A stretch of DNA of 50,313 bases from a bacterium (lineage in GTDB: Bacteria; Electryoneota; Electryoneia; Electryoneales; Electryoneaceae): assembly GCA_043801585.1 (NCBI GenBank), contig JAZDLX010000076.1:1-50313 (forward strand), written 5' to 3'. The position numbers and the translations under genes are program-made. Positions 1 through 9,122 of this stretch are shown piece by piece; position 1 is the first letter of the stretch; every line of letters begins with the position of its first letter. The notes beneath the pieces are model-generated. The model saw only the letters and a program-made list of their open reading frames with translations, made no database searches and was not told the DNA's origin.

Positions 1-151
1 CTGGAATGCTCCGTTTTTGGGAAATATTCCAGATTTCGGATTCTTGGTCTCTGAGCTTAAGGGATGTACAGCTTGCGATCAAGCCATGATGACCATTCCT
101 GTCACCCCAATCGGCTCACGGGCTCCAATCCTGTAACTTGACTGACGATGT

Positions 152-182
152 AAAACGCGGCTCCCTGTTTCAGGGAGCCGCG
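152..182 (-). terminator. Intrinsic terminator downstream of the POT transporter
   Basis: Stem CGCGGCTCCCTG-ttt-CAGGGAGCCGCG (156-182) with AAAA at 152-155, i.e. a U-tract on the minus strand, about 20 nt after the stop at 204. Confidence 0.8.
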
Positions 183-203
183 GTGCAATCACAGTTCTTC
201 CGC

Positions 204-2198
204 TCAGGCTTCCTCGGCAGCTTTGCTGGCTGCGTGGTTTCGCTCCAGAGTCGGTACGACGAGCTTGTTGAAGATCAGCAGTGCCAGGGCTGTGGCAAGT
301 CCGACGAGGCCGTAAATGATCCACATCAGTCCGGGTTTGTTCTGGTCCTTCGCAAGAACCTGGTAACCCCAACCCGACAGGATGCCGCCGAAGAGGTTGC
401 CGAGAGCGATACTGACGAAGTAATAACCCATAAAGAGGGCGGTTTTCTTTCGCGGGGCGATGCGCGCAACGTATTCCTGGCTCTTCGGGCTGGCAATCAT
501 TTCCCCGAAGGCGAAGACGACAACGGCGAAAATCGTCAGGGCGCCGCTGACTGCGAGGCTGTTCAACGCGATACCTGTGCCGGCAACGAGGGTGCCCACT
601 ACAAGCACCGGGAACGGTTTCCACCGTTGAATCACCCAACTGACCAGCACCTGGAACAGGACAATGGCTCCGGCGTCGATGTTGACAATGTATTCCGGAT
701 TCACCTGGCGGTATTTCTCGGCCCAGTCCTGGGCGACTGCCTGGATCATCGCCGGGTCGGCGTTCTGTGCGAGCTGACCGAAGGCAGCGATCATCTCCTG
801 CTCGGGCGGACGCACCTTGAAATGGACGATCTGGAGCAGGACATCGTGGTACTGAGCGGCGTTGATCGCTCCGTGTTCGTTGACCAGCCGGGTGATTTCT
901 CCTGTCAGTTGTTCAATGTTCACACTCGCGAGGAAACTGACGAAGCCGTGCCCGAAAATTCCCGCGAATTTCACCAGGTCGGCGGTATTCACGAAGTCGC
1001 GGATATACTCGGGAAGCGTAATGAATATCTGGTTGAAACTGGCCCAGAAACCGGACAGGATCAGCAGATACAGCACGAAAGGCCAGTTACCGATCTTGGC
1101 CTTCATCTCAACCAACCCGCTACTTTTGTCTTCGTGGAAGTATTTACTCCACACAAGAGCAATGATTGACCAGAGAATCGCTCCTGCGAGAGCCGAGGCG
1201 TGCCCAATGACTCCAACATAACCCAAGAGAATAACCACTGCCGCCGGAACTGCGATTCTAACGGACCAATTCCAGCCGTCAGAAATGATCAACAGTGCCC
1301 AGCCGATGAGAAGTCCAATGCCAAGAGAAGCGGTAATAACGTTTGTGGCGATCAGGATAACTGTGAACAGAGTCAGGTAGATGGATCGTGTAAGCTTACT
1401 GGCACTCAGGTTCGCTATTACCCAGACCACTGAAAATGTGAAAGTCAGACTCCAGGAAAGCCATTCTCCACCAGCGAGCATCAGGAGAACAATGATAGGC
1501 ACTGCCGTTAAGGCAAAACGACCGTTGCCCAGCACTTCCTGGGCGTCCAGCAGCACCTTTTTCAGGCTGCGCTTGGTTTTCGATTGTGATTCATCCGTCG
1601 GTTCCTTGTAGAAGAAGAGCGTCGGGATGAAGTTGATTGCGATGGTGATGGCGAGCAGAACGAACACGTAGTTCCAGTCCAATACCCGCAGCATACCCGC
1701 GAAAATCGGGCCGACGAATCCACCGACGTTGACAATCATGTAGAATACGCCGAATCCCATGCCACGGTTTGAATCATTGGTGACCCGTCCGACGGTGCCG
1801 ACGACGACCGGTTTGAACGTTGCAGCTCCAACGGCGACCAGAAGGAAGGCTCCGAAGAATCCCCAGAAGCTGTGAAACTGCCCGAGCAGGAAATAGGCCG
1901 GGGTGAGAATCGAAAAGGCGACCAGGAATGTCCGGCGGTATCCATAACGGTCGGCAAGCGCCCCGGTGATCACCGGGAACAGGTAAAGGAGGAAGGGAAC
2001 GATTCCTTGCAGGATTCCTCGCTGGATGCTGCTGAATCCCAATCCACCCTGTTCGAGCGGGCTGGTCATGTAGAGAGACGAGAGCGCGAAGAAACCGTAC
2101 CAGGCCATGCGCTCGAAGATTTCCATCACGTTTGCCACGTAGAAGGTCCGGGGAAACGGGGTCATCTTGCGTTTTGTTGTGTTTTCTGCCTCGCTCAT
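204..2198 (-). CDS. Proton-dependent oligopeptide (POT/PTR) MFS transporter with large insertions
   Basis: TM1 motif EIFERMAWYG (ExxERFxYY family), GALADRYGYRR MFS motif A, FYMIVNVGG PTR motif, many TM helices; 664 aa. Confidence 0.9.
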   Translation of the reverse strand: MSEAENTTKRKMTPFPRTFYVANVMEIFERMAWYGFFALSSLYMTSPLEQGGLGFSSIQRGILQGIVPFLLYLFPVITGALADRYGYRRTFLVAFSILTPAYFLLGQFHSFWGFFGAFLLVAVGAATFKPVVVGTVGRVTNDSNRGMGFGVFYMIVNVGGFVGPIFAGMLRVLDWNYVFVLLAITIAINFIPTLFFYKEPTDESQSKTKRSLKKVLLDAQEVLGNGRFALTAVPIIVLLMLAGGEWLSWSLTFTFSVVWVIANLSASKLTRSIYLTLFTVILIATNVITASLGIGLLIGWALLIISDGWNWSVRIAVPAAVVILLGYVGVIGHASALAGAILWSIIALVWSKYFHEDKSSGLVEMKAKIGNWPFVLYLLILSGFWASFNQIFITLPEYIRDFVNTADLVKFAGIFGHGFVSFLASVNIEQLTGEITRLVNEHGAINAAQYHDVLLQIVHFKVRPPEQEMIAAFGQLAQNADPAMIQAVAQDWAEKYRQVNPEYIVNIDAGAIVLFQVLVSWVIQRWKPFPVLVVGTLVAGTGIALNSLAVSGALTIFAVVVFAFGEMIASPKSQEYVARIAPRKKTALFMGYYFVSIALGNLFGGILSGWGYQVLAKDQNKPGLMWIIYGLVGLATALALLIFNKLVVPTLERNHAASKAAEEA

Positions 2199-2600
2199 CC
2201 CATCCTCTCGGGTTGCTTTGCATTCGGCTCACTCCCTCTGACATACGCCAGTTCGGGTACGGAAGGAGGATTGGGAAAGGTAACAAGCGCCGGATGCGAG
2301 CTCAATACAGAAACCCGGGAGGGAGAAAATGTGGGATGAACCGGGCTGGTGTTCTTTGGAACCGGGAAAGGACATGGGGCAGAACCTCATTCGGATCGGG
2401 GTTGCCAGGATCAGGTGCGCTCCACGGGGAGTCCCGCCGGGAGTGAGTACCTGTTCCACCCTGCTGCTTCCGTGTATATTCACCGCGCGTCTCGAGAGCC
2501 TCCGGGGGAAAGGCAACACCCCATGATCGATCGCATCCAACTACCCGAGGGCGTCAGGTTCAAGGTCTGCGCCCGGGATACAGATGACGTGGAGGCGATT

Positions 2601-2861
2601 GTGGCCGTGGATGTGAAAAAGCAGCAGCGGGTAGTTCTCTTTTCGACGCCCACCTGCTCCTGGTGCCGCCGGGCGAAGCAATATTTCCGCCAGCAGGGCG
2701 TACGTTTCAAGGAAGTGGACGTTTCCCGCGATGCGAAGGCGGCGAAGGATATGCAGCGCATGACCGGACAGATGGGTGTTCCGGTGATCCTGATCGGTTC
2801 GAACCGTCCGATCGTTGGATTTGACAAGAATACGATCGACCGTCTGCTCGGTCTCCACTGA
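2601..2861 (+). CDS. Glutaredoxin-like protein (YruB/NrdH type)
   Basis: TPTCSWC redox motif, GQMGVPVI, IVGFD; GGAGG at 2591-2595 precedes GTG 2601. Confidence 0.88.
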   Translation: MAVDVKKQQRVVLFSTPTCSWCRRAKQYFRQQGVRFKEVDVSRDAKAAKDMQRMTGQMGVPVILIGSNRPIVGFDKNTIDRLLGLH

Positions 2862-3028
2862 GACTCCATCCGCAGCGGTATCCATGACCGTCACGACATG
2901 CGAGTATATCAGTCCTCGTGTTGCAGTAATGAGGGGACCGGAACTGGAAGAAAAACGACAGGGCAGCACTTGATAAAGCGTTGTCCAGGGCATTTGGATC
3001 AACCATAACCATGATAGGGGAGTGAACG

Positions 3029-3301
3029 ATGAAGCTCGTTCCGCTTGGCGACCGCGTGGTGGTCAAGACCGTCGAGATGGAAGAGAAGACTTCCGGCGGT
3101 ATCATCATTCCTGACACAGCGAAGGAAAAGCCTGTAATGGGCAAAGTCGTAGCGGTTAGCAACGACGACGAGGTGAAAGAGAACCTCAAGGTCGGCGATA
3201 AGGTGATCTACGCGAAATACGGCGGTACCGAAGTTGAGCTGGATGGCAAGCAGTACGTCGTCCTCGCCTATGGCGACGTGCTTGCGAAAATCAGCAAGTG
3301 A
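3029..3301 (+). CDS. groES: Co-chaperonin GroES
   Basis: PLGDRVVVK, TSGGIIIPDTAKEKP, VGDKVIYAKYGGTEV; RBS GGGAG. Confidence 0.97.
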   Translation: MKLVPLGDRVVVKTVEMEEKTSGGIIIPDTAKEKPVMGKVVAVSNDDEVKENLKVGDKVIYAKYGGTEVELDGKQYVVLAYGDVLAKISK

Positions 3302-3322
3302 ACCATTCCTGAGAGATCATCA

Positions 3323-3350
3323 ATCCCCGGCGTTACCGCCGGGGATTTTT
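3323..3350 (+). terminator. Intrinsic terminator after groES
   Basis: ATCCCCGGCG-ttac-CGCCGGGGAT followed by a T-run. Confidence 0.88.
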
Positions 3351-3929
3351 GTTTTGGCCATTTTTCTACGGTATCAGGAGACCGTTCTCTTTTCAAGAAA
3401 TACGCCGGTTGTGGAACGCGCATCAGCTCGAGTTTTACGGGGTTCGACAGCGCCGATACTCAAGCTGAAACGGGTTAGCGATCCTGAGATAAATCCAGGA
3501 TTATCAAAGAGATTAGCCTCTCCGACCTGGCGTGCCTGCCAAAGAAAATAGAGGGAAAGAACGTGCAGCATCCAAGGCAGATGGTGACGATTAAACCCAA
3601 GATTTTAGACGAAAGGGAACACTCCTGGAGGATCGAATCGATAAAGGCATGGTTGATTCTCTGTTCGTTATCTCGAAACGCATGAAATTTAAGTTGTTTA
3701 GAATGCAACAGATCGATGGTGGACAGGAGTCCCAAGGATGTATATGGAACAAAAAAATTGGATTTTTGATTCTATCGTCGTTTGACGTTTCCTACATTAC
3801 TTTTGACGACACAGGGGGTGTGTTCACTGCTTCACCTTGTTTATACGACTCCAATGCATTGATTTCGCTTCCTTGAAGAACTTCCCCCGGACCTACTTCA
3901 CCTTGGCGTTCATCTGAAGGGGGAAAGCT

Positions 3930-6900
3930 ATGAAAGTGACCAGACTGTTGCTCGTGATTGGTGCTGTGTTTTGCGTCCTTTTCATCAACTGCGATCAGCT
4001 GCTGAATCCGGAGGCGGCGAACAATCCTCCTGATCAACCGTTCAGTCCCAATCCCTACTCAGGGCAAATGCTTGATCCAGGTGAGATTACTCTATACTGG
4101 CAGTGTTCCGACCCCGACGGCGATCCACTGACCTACGATGTTGCTTTCGGCAATAGTCCCAGCCCTCAGCAAATCGCGAACAAGATTTCCAGCAGGTCCT
4201 ACGATGTAGGAAATGTCCTCCCCGGGACCTGGTACTGGCGTGTCGTGGCGCATGATTCGAAAGGGGAAGAGGCGATGGGGCCTGTCTGGAGTTTCCAGGT
4301 TATCCAACCGAACCAGCCACCTGAACAACCAAGCAATCCCTATCCAGCGGACAATGCCCAGAATGCATCCATCTACACACAGCTATCGTGGACATGCGAC
4401 GATCCCGAAGGCGATGAACTCCAGTTTGAAGTTCACTTCGGGGAGTCAACCGAGCCGGCAGAGGTCGGCACCCTCCACAACGAGAGAACCTACAATCCAG
4501 GCCTTCTGGAACCATTGACCCGCTATTACTGGAAAATCATCGCCTACCAGGGTGGAAGCGAGGAAAGGATCGAGAGTCCATTGTGGAGTTTCACCACTGA
4601 AGGCCCCGGCCGCCCGAACTTTCCAACCCCTCCTGATGGAGACATGAACATAAGTGTCGATACGGACCTGTCCTGGGAGTGTGAAAATCCCAACGGCAAC
4701 ACGGTCGAGTATGACGTCTATTTCGGTTTGAACTCCTATGACCTCGTTGCGCAGGGAGTGCAGGACAATCACTACGATCCCGGGACATTGGAGCAAGGGG
4801 CGATTTACCGCTGGAAGATTGTCGCGCGCTATGCAGGCGCCGGCAGCTCAAAGACACTGAGCGGGAAACATGAAGCACCTGAGTTCAAGGCGAACACAAA
4901 TGTTGTTCCCAGGGGCAAAGCACGTGACTCCGAAATACCGCTGAAAGTTTCCCTGAAAAAGAAAAGTGTGGAAGCACAGAAAGGTACGGAATCCGTCCTG
5001 ACAGACATCGAAGGTCCGGATTGGGAGTTCACTACCGAGACTGTGGATAACCAGCCGCCCTACGAACCGAGCAATCCTTCACCCTATGACGGCGAAACAG
5101 GCATCAATCCGGATGATGGATATCTCATGTGGGATGGCGGTGATCCGGAAGGCGACTGGACGCTGTACTACACGTATATGGGCACTGACCAGTACAACCT
5201 CCAACCCTATTCATGGGACCGGGCGGACACCCATGTTGAGTTCTATAATCTCGAACCGAACACTCAATATTTCTGGAAGGCTGAAGCGAGGGATTCCCAC
5301 GATCATTCAACAATGGGGCCGATATGGAGTTTCTGGACGCGGGTAACACACCGCAACTTCCCGCAGACACCTTACAACCCAAGTCCAAGTGAGGCACAAT
5401 CCGACGTTCCCTACGATCAGGTGACATTAACCTGGTCATGTGACGATCCAGACCCAGATGGCGACAAGGTGTATTACGATCTCTATGTTTCCCCCACGGG
5501 AAGTTCGACGGGCTACCAGCTTAAGGCGTCCGACCTTTCCGATCCGACCTACACCCTCTATTCGCTGGACCCCAACACTACCTACCTGTGGAAAGTGAAC
5601 GCCGACGATGACTTTGACCACATCGCCTATGGGCCGGAGTGGATGTTTTCAACATCCATCGAGCAGAACGAAATCGTCTTCAACGATGCAAATCTTGAGG
5701 CGGCAGTTCGAGAGTATTTCGGGATTTCGGAGGGTCCGATTTATGACAACGATGTGGAATGGGCAACCGAGTTTTCCGCGACCGGCAGGAACATCATGGA
5801 TCTGACGGGGTTGGAGTACTTCACCAATCTCTCCTCGCTTACGTTGAGCAACAACAACATATCGTCGCTGATTCCGATTTCCCAGTTAACAAATCTTGGA
5901 TTCCTCTATGTGGATCAGAACAACATCTCAGATGTAGGGGCGCTGCATGACCTGACGAACATCACTGACCTGAACATCTCGGACAACGACATCAGTTACA
6001 TCGGCTACCTGGAAAACCTGACCTCCCTGAGAAATTTCTATTTCAGCAACAATCCAGTGCAGATGATCAATATCCTCGAGGACTTTCCCGATCTCGTGCA
6101 GGCTTCGATGGCCGGTACAAACGTCACCGATCTACGCCCGCTCTACTGGAATGACAATTTCGCGAACGGGGCAGCGCTGGATATTACAGGTTGTCCGCTC
6201 GATACCTGGTCAAAGGCTCAATACCTGCCCCTGCTTGAGCGCAGGGGGGTGTGGGTAACTACAGATATTGATCCGACAGCGATCTATTTCGTTGACGAAA
6301 ACTTCGATCGTGTCGTTCACGATCTGGTCGGCGTACCCTACGAAACGCAGCTCTACGATTCAGATGTCTCCGGCATCACTGAGTGGGATCTCTCTTACAA
6401 GTTTATCCTTGATCTTGCGGGTCTGCAGCATTTAAGCGACGCGTCCTGGCTCGATCTATCGAACAATACTTCGATTGATGATCTGTGGCCACTGTCGTGG
6501 TTAACATCTCTTTCCACTCTAAGAATTGACAGCGCAAGTCTTACCGACCTAAGCGTCTTCAGTTATTTCGAGGAGGAGGGGCCGTACCTCGACACGCTGG
6601 TGTTGAGCAACAACTATCTGGTCGATGTGTCAATCCTCAACACCCAGATGGGCTTAGAATACCTGGATATCAGCGGCAACCAGGTGCAAGATATTTCTTC
6701 TCTCTATTTTGCGGCCCTGGAAGTACTGAAGGTTGCGAACAACCCGATCACCGACCTTTCGGTGCTTTCCTACAACCCAATGTTGCGGGAGGTGGATGTA
6801 TCCGGAATCTCCACGAGTGACATTCAGATAATGACGAGCAACCCATATCTGGAAATTGTGCTGGCAAACAACATTGGGGTGCCCGACCTTTCGATGTTTG

Positions 6901-7088
6901 CCTCGCACCAGTACCTGACTCACCTGGAGGTTCGTTACGGTGCGATCGAGGACCTGACTCCGCTGGTGGACAACCTCAACTTCGGGTCAGGAGCCTATCT
7001 TGATCTGACCGGAAATCCGTTAAGCGCGGATGCTATCAACACCCAGATTCCGGCTTTGGAGGCGAGAGGGGTGATAGTGGATTATTAA
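3930..7088 (+). CDS. Exported, probably lipid-anchored surface protein with five FN3-like repeats and two internalin-like LRR blocks
   Basis: Signal peptide ending FINC; five PxxPxNPxP..LxW..YxW.V.A..GPxWxF modules; LRR repeats (LxxLxLxxNxIxD) each opened by an F-x-D-x-N cap and closed by GVxV. Confidence 0.85.
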   Translation: MKVTRLLLVIGAVFCVLFINCDQLLNPEAANNPPDQPFSPNPYSGQMLDPGEITLYWQCSDPDGDPLTYDVAFGNSPSPQQIANKISSRSYDVGNVLPGTWYWRVVAHDSKGEEAMGPVWSFQVIQPNQPPEQPSNPYPADNAQNASIYTQLSWTCDDPEGDELQFEVHFGESTEPAEVGTLHNERTYNPGLLEPLTRYYWKIIAYQGGSEERIESPLWSFTTEGPGRPNFPTPPDGDMNISVDTDLSWECENPNGNTVEYDVYFGLNSYDLVAQGVQDNHYDPGTLEQGAIYRWKIVARYAGAGSSKTLSGKHEAPEFKANTNVVPRGKARDSEIPLKVSLKKKSVEAQKGTESVLTDIEGPDWEFTTETVDNQPPYEPSNPSPYDGETGINPDDGYLMWDGGDPEGDWTLYYTYMGTDQYNLQPYSWDRADTHVEFYNLEPNTQYFWKAEARDSHDHSTMGPIWSFWTRVTHRNFPQTPYNPSPSEAQSDVPYDQVTLTWSCDDPDPDGDKVYYDLYVSPTGSSTGYQLKASDLSDPTYTLYSLDPNTTYLWKVNADDDFDHIAYGPEWMFSTSIEQNEIVFNDANLEAAVREYFGISEGPIYDNDVEWATEFSATGRNIMDLTGLEYFTNLSSLTLSNNNISSLIPISQLTNLGFLYVDQNNISDVGALHDLTNITDLNISDNDISYIGYLENLTSLRNFYFSNNPVQMINILEDFPDLVQASMAGTNVTDLRPLYWNDNFANGAALDITGCPLDTWSKAQYLPLLERRGVWVTTDIDPTAIYFVDENFDRVVHDLVGVPYETQLYDSDVSGITEWDLSYKFILDLAGLQHLSDASWLDLSNNTSIDDLWPLSWLTSLSTLRIDSASLTDLSVFSYFEEEGPYLDTLVLSNNYLVDVSILNTQMGLEYLDISGNQVQDISSLYFAALEVLKVANNPITDLSVLSYNPMLREVDVSGISTSDIQIMTSNPYLEIVLANNIGVPDLSMFASHQYLTHLEVRYGAIEDLTPLVDNLNFGSGAYLDLTGNPLSADAINTQIPALEARGVIVDY

Positions 7089-7110
7089 TCGGATTCCATG
7101 CTGGAATAGG

Positions 7111-7143
7111 AACCGCGACAGCCGAAGATGACTGTCGCGGTTT
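7111..7143. terminator. Hairpin terminator between convergent genes
   Basis: AACCGCGACAG-N10-CTGTCGCGGTT. Confidence 0.7.
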
Positions 7144-7190
7144 CAGTATCGTGACATCGTGAATAGACGTATCTGTGGAAAAAGGAAAAC

Positions 7191-7856
7191 TCAGAGAATC
7201 TCTACAAGTGAATCCAGCCAGAAGTCCGGCTTCGATCTGTCGAGCTCTTTCGGATCGCCGAACCCGAACCGAACCGCAGCGGCTTTGCATCCCGCCGCGT
7301 GCGCCGCGATGATATCCGCATCGGTGTCGCCGATCACAAGGGTCTTCTCCGGCGCCGCCTGCAACTGTTGAAGAGCGTAGTGGATCAACCACGGGTCCGG
7401 CTTGACCGGTTTTCCCAGATTGGTGCCACATACGGCGTCCACGTAATCACTGAGACCGAGTCCCTGACAAACGAAGTCGGCGGCTTCTTGGTACTTGGTC
7501 GTGGCGATGGCGAGGGAAGCGCCCGAGTTCCGGAGGGCGGTAAGCGTCTCATGAGCGCCGGGATAGATTTTAATTCCGTCGGGGAATCGGGCATCGTGCC
7601 CTTCGCGGTACGCCTGGAGCATCCGTGCAAACGTGACAGCGTCGGCGGTGCGCTGCTGGTGATGCAGCAGATAAGCGTCAAAGATTTCCGTCAACGGCCG
7701 ACCGATCCACTGCAGAGTGTCGTTCGTTTTGATGCCGTCAATCCCCGCGACTTTCAACGCCTTCATCAGGCCCGCGCTGATCGGACCGGAGGAGTCTGTC
7801 AATGTCCCATCCAGATCGAAGATGTAATGGTGAAACGAATTCGTGGAAATCCCCAT
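7191..7856 (-). CDS. HAD-family hydrolase (phosphoglycolate phosphatase-like)
   Basis: FDLDGTLTDS motif I, ATTK, KPDP, IGDTDAD motif IV; start moved to ATG 7856. Confidence 0.92.
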   Translation of the reverse strand: MGISTNSFHHYIFDLDGTLTDSSGPISAGLMKALKVAGIDGIKTNDTLQWIGRPLTEIFDAYLLHHQQRTADAVTFARMLQAYREGHDARFPDGIKIYPGAHETLTALRNSGASLAIATTKYQEAADFVCQGLGLSDYVDAVCGTNLGKPVKPDPWLIHYALQQLQAAPEKTLVIGDTDADIIAAHAAGCKAAAVRFGFGDPKELDRSKPDFWLDSLVEIL

Positions 7857-7950
7857 GACAATCCCCTGTCGCCGTCGAAAAAGGAAAATAACCGGATGGA
7901 TGAAGGGGTTCAACGAAATCACGAAATCGCCGAATATTGAGCTCCGCCTC

Positions 7951-8895
7951 TCACCAGTCAGTGCTTATTTCATCCTCGTGTGCCTCGAGCGGTTCGAGGT
8001 GTGTAATGACGTCGACGATAACCGGTTCCTGTTGCTTCAGTTGCAACGCCACAGTATCGCCAATGCGATGGGCTTCGACGAGCGGGAGGTTGTCGTCAAG
8101 CAAAAGGTGAAGATCCACCGCCAGTCGTGATCCCAGGTATCTTGTCCGGATATGATGAACGCCATGGACTCCGTCTATGGCCAGGACGATCGCTCCGATT
8201 CGTTCGATCGTTCCTTCCGGCGCGCCGGCATCCGCCAACTCACTGACAACGGGGAGCAGGATTTTTCCGGCGGCGTGCAGAATGAACAGGGAGACAACGA
8301 TGCCCCCCACGGCGTCGAGAAAGGCGAATTTGGGTAACCAGGCCGCAACAGCAACCGCCGCGGCTGCGGGGATCGAGCTCAGTGCATCGCTGCGGTGATG
8401 CCAGGCGTTGGCTTCCATGGCCGGGCTTTTCACGCGATGGGCAGTGAGCACCGTCCAGCGGAACAACCCCTCCTTGATGACGATCGATGCCAGTGCGGCG
8501 ACCAGGGCGATCATTCCCGGTGCTTCTTTATCGCCGGTTCGAAGCGTAGAGATCGAAGACCAGCCGATCCCGACCGCGACTCCCGCCAGGGTCAGACCGA
8601 TCGCAAAGCTGATGATTGTCTCGATCCGGCGATGTCCATGCGGGTGGGAGATGTCCGGAGGCCGGGACCAGTATCTCGATCCGATCAGGATCGCAATATC
8701 TGTTGCAAGGTCGGAAAGGCTGTGGAAACCATCCGCCAACACGGCATGGCTGTGACCAAACGTTCCCGCTGCAATCTTAAACGCCGAAAGCACAACATTC
8801 GCCACTGCGCCCCAGAACGTCACCTTGAAAATGGTGCGCTCCCGTTCCCGGCCCTGTGGTGTCATGGTGCGAGACACGTGTGAATCTGTGTGCAT
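7951..8895 (-). CDS. Cation diffusion facilitator (CDF, FieF-like) metal exporter
   Basis: ADGFHSLSD, HPHGHRRIE, HHRSD, C-terminal VDLHL..THLEP; GGAGGAG RBS before ATG 8895. Confidence 0.93.
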   Translation of the reverse strand: MHTDSHVSRTMTPQGRERERTIFKVTFWGAVANVVLSAFKIAAGTFGHSHAVLADGFHSLSDLATDIAILIGSRYWSRPPDISHPHGHRRIETIISFAIGLTLAGVAVGIGWSSISTLRTGDKEAPGMIALVAALASIVIKEGLFRWTVLTAHRVKSPAMEANAWHHRSDALSSIPAAAAVAVAAWLPKFAFLDAVGGIVVSLFILHAAGKILLPVVSELADAGAPEGTIERIGAIVLAIDGVHGVHHIRTRYLGSRLAVDLHLLLDDNLPLVEAHRIGDTVALQLKQQEPVIVDVITHLEPLEAHEDEISTDW

Positions 8896-9122
8896 TGACG
8901 GCAACTCCTCCGTGGTCGTCCTGACGGATCCGGCGAATGAAAAACGTGCCATTTAGCGCTATTTAATACTAAACTAACGACGTCTCCAAGGGTGTAGTGC
9001 CTCGTCTACCCTGAACGCTTTCCCGGTGCAGGCATCGGAGAAGGAGCGGAGGAGGAAGCATTGTCATGTGGAGACGGCTATCTTTCTCAGTCCGTGAGCC
9101 GAAACACTTCAGGGAGTTTGTC

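Noticed and set aside
2963..2989. Possible CIRCE (HrcA) operator upstream of groES
   Set aside because: Left arm GCAGCACTT is a partial match, but the right arm TTGTCCAGG matches only 3 of 9 positions of GAGTGCTAA
3351..3929. tmRNA/tRNA-like GGTTCGAC and short ORFs in the long intergenic region
   Set aside because: No acceptor stem, cloverleaf or tag frame found; the ORFs lack coding features
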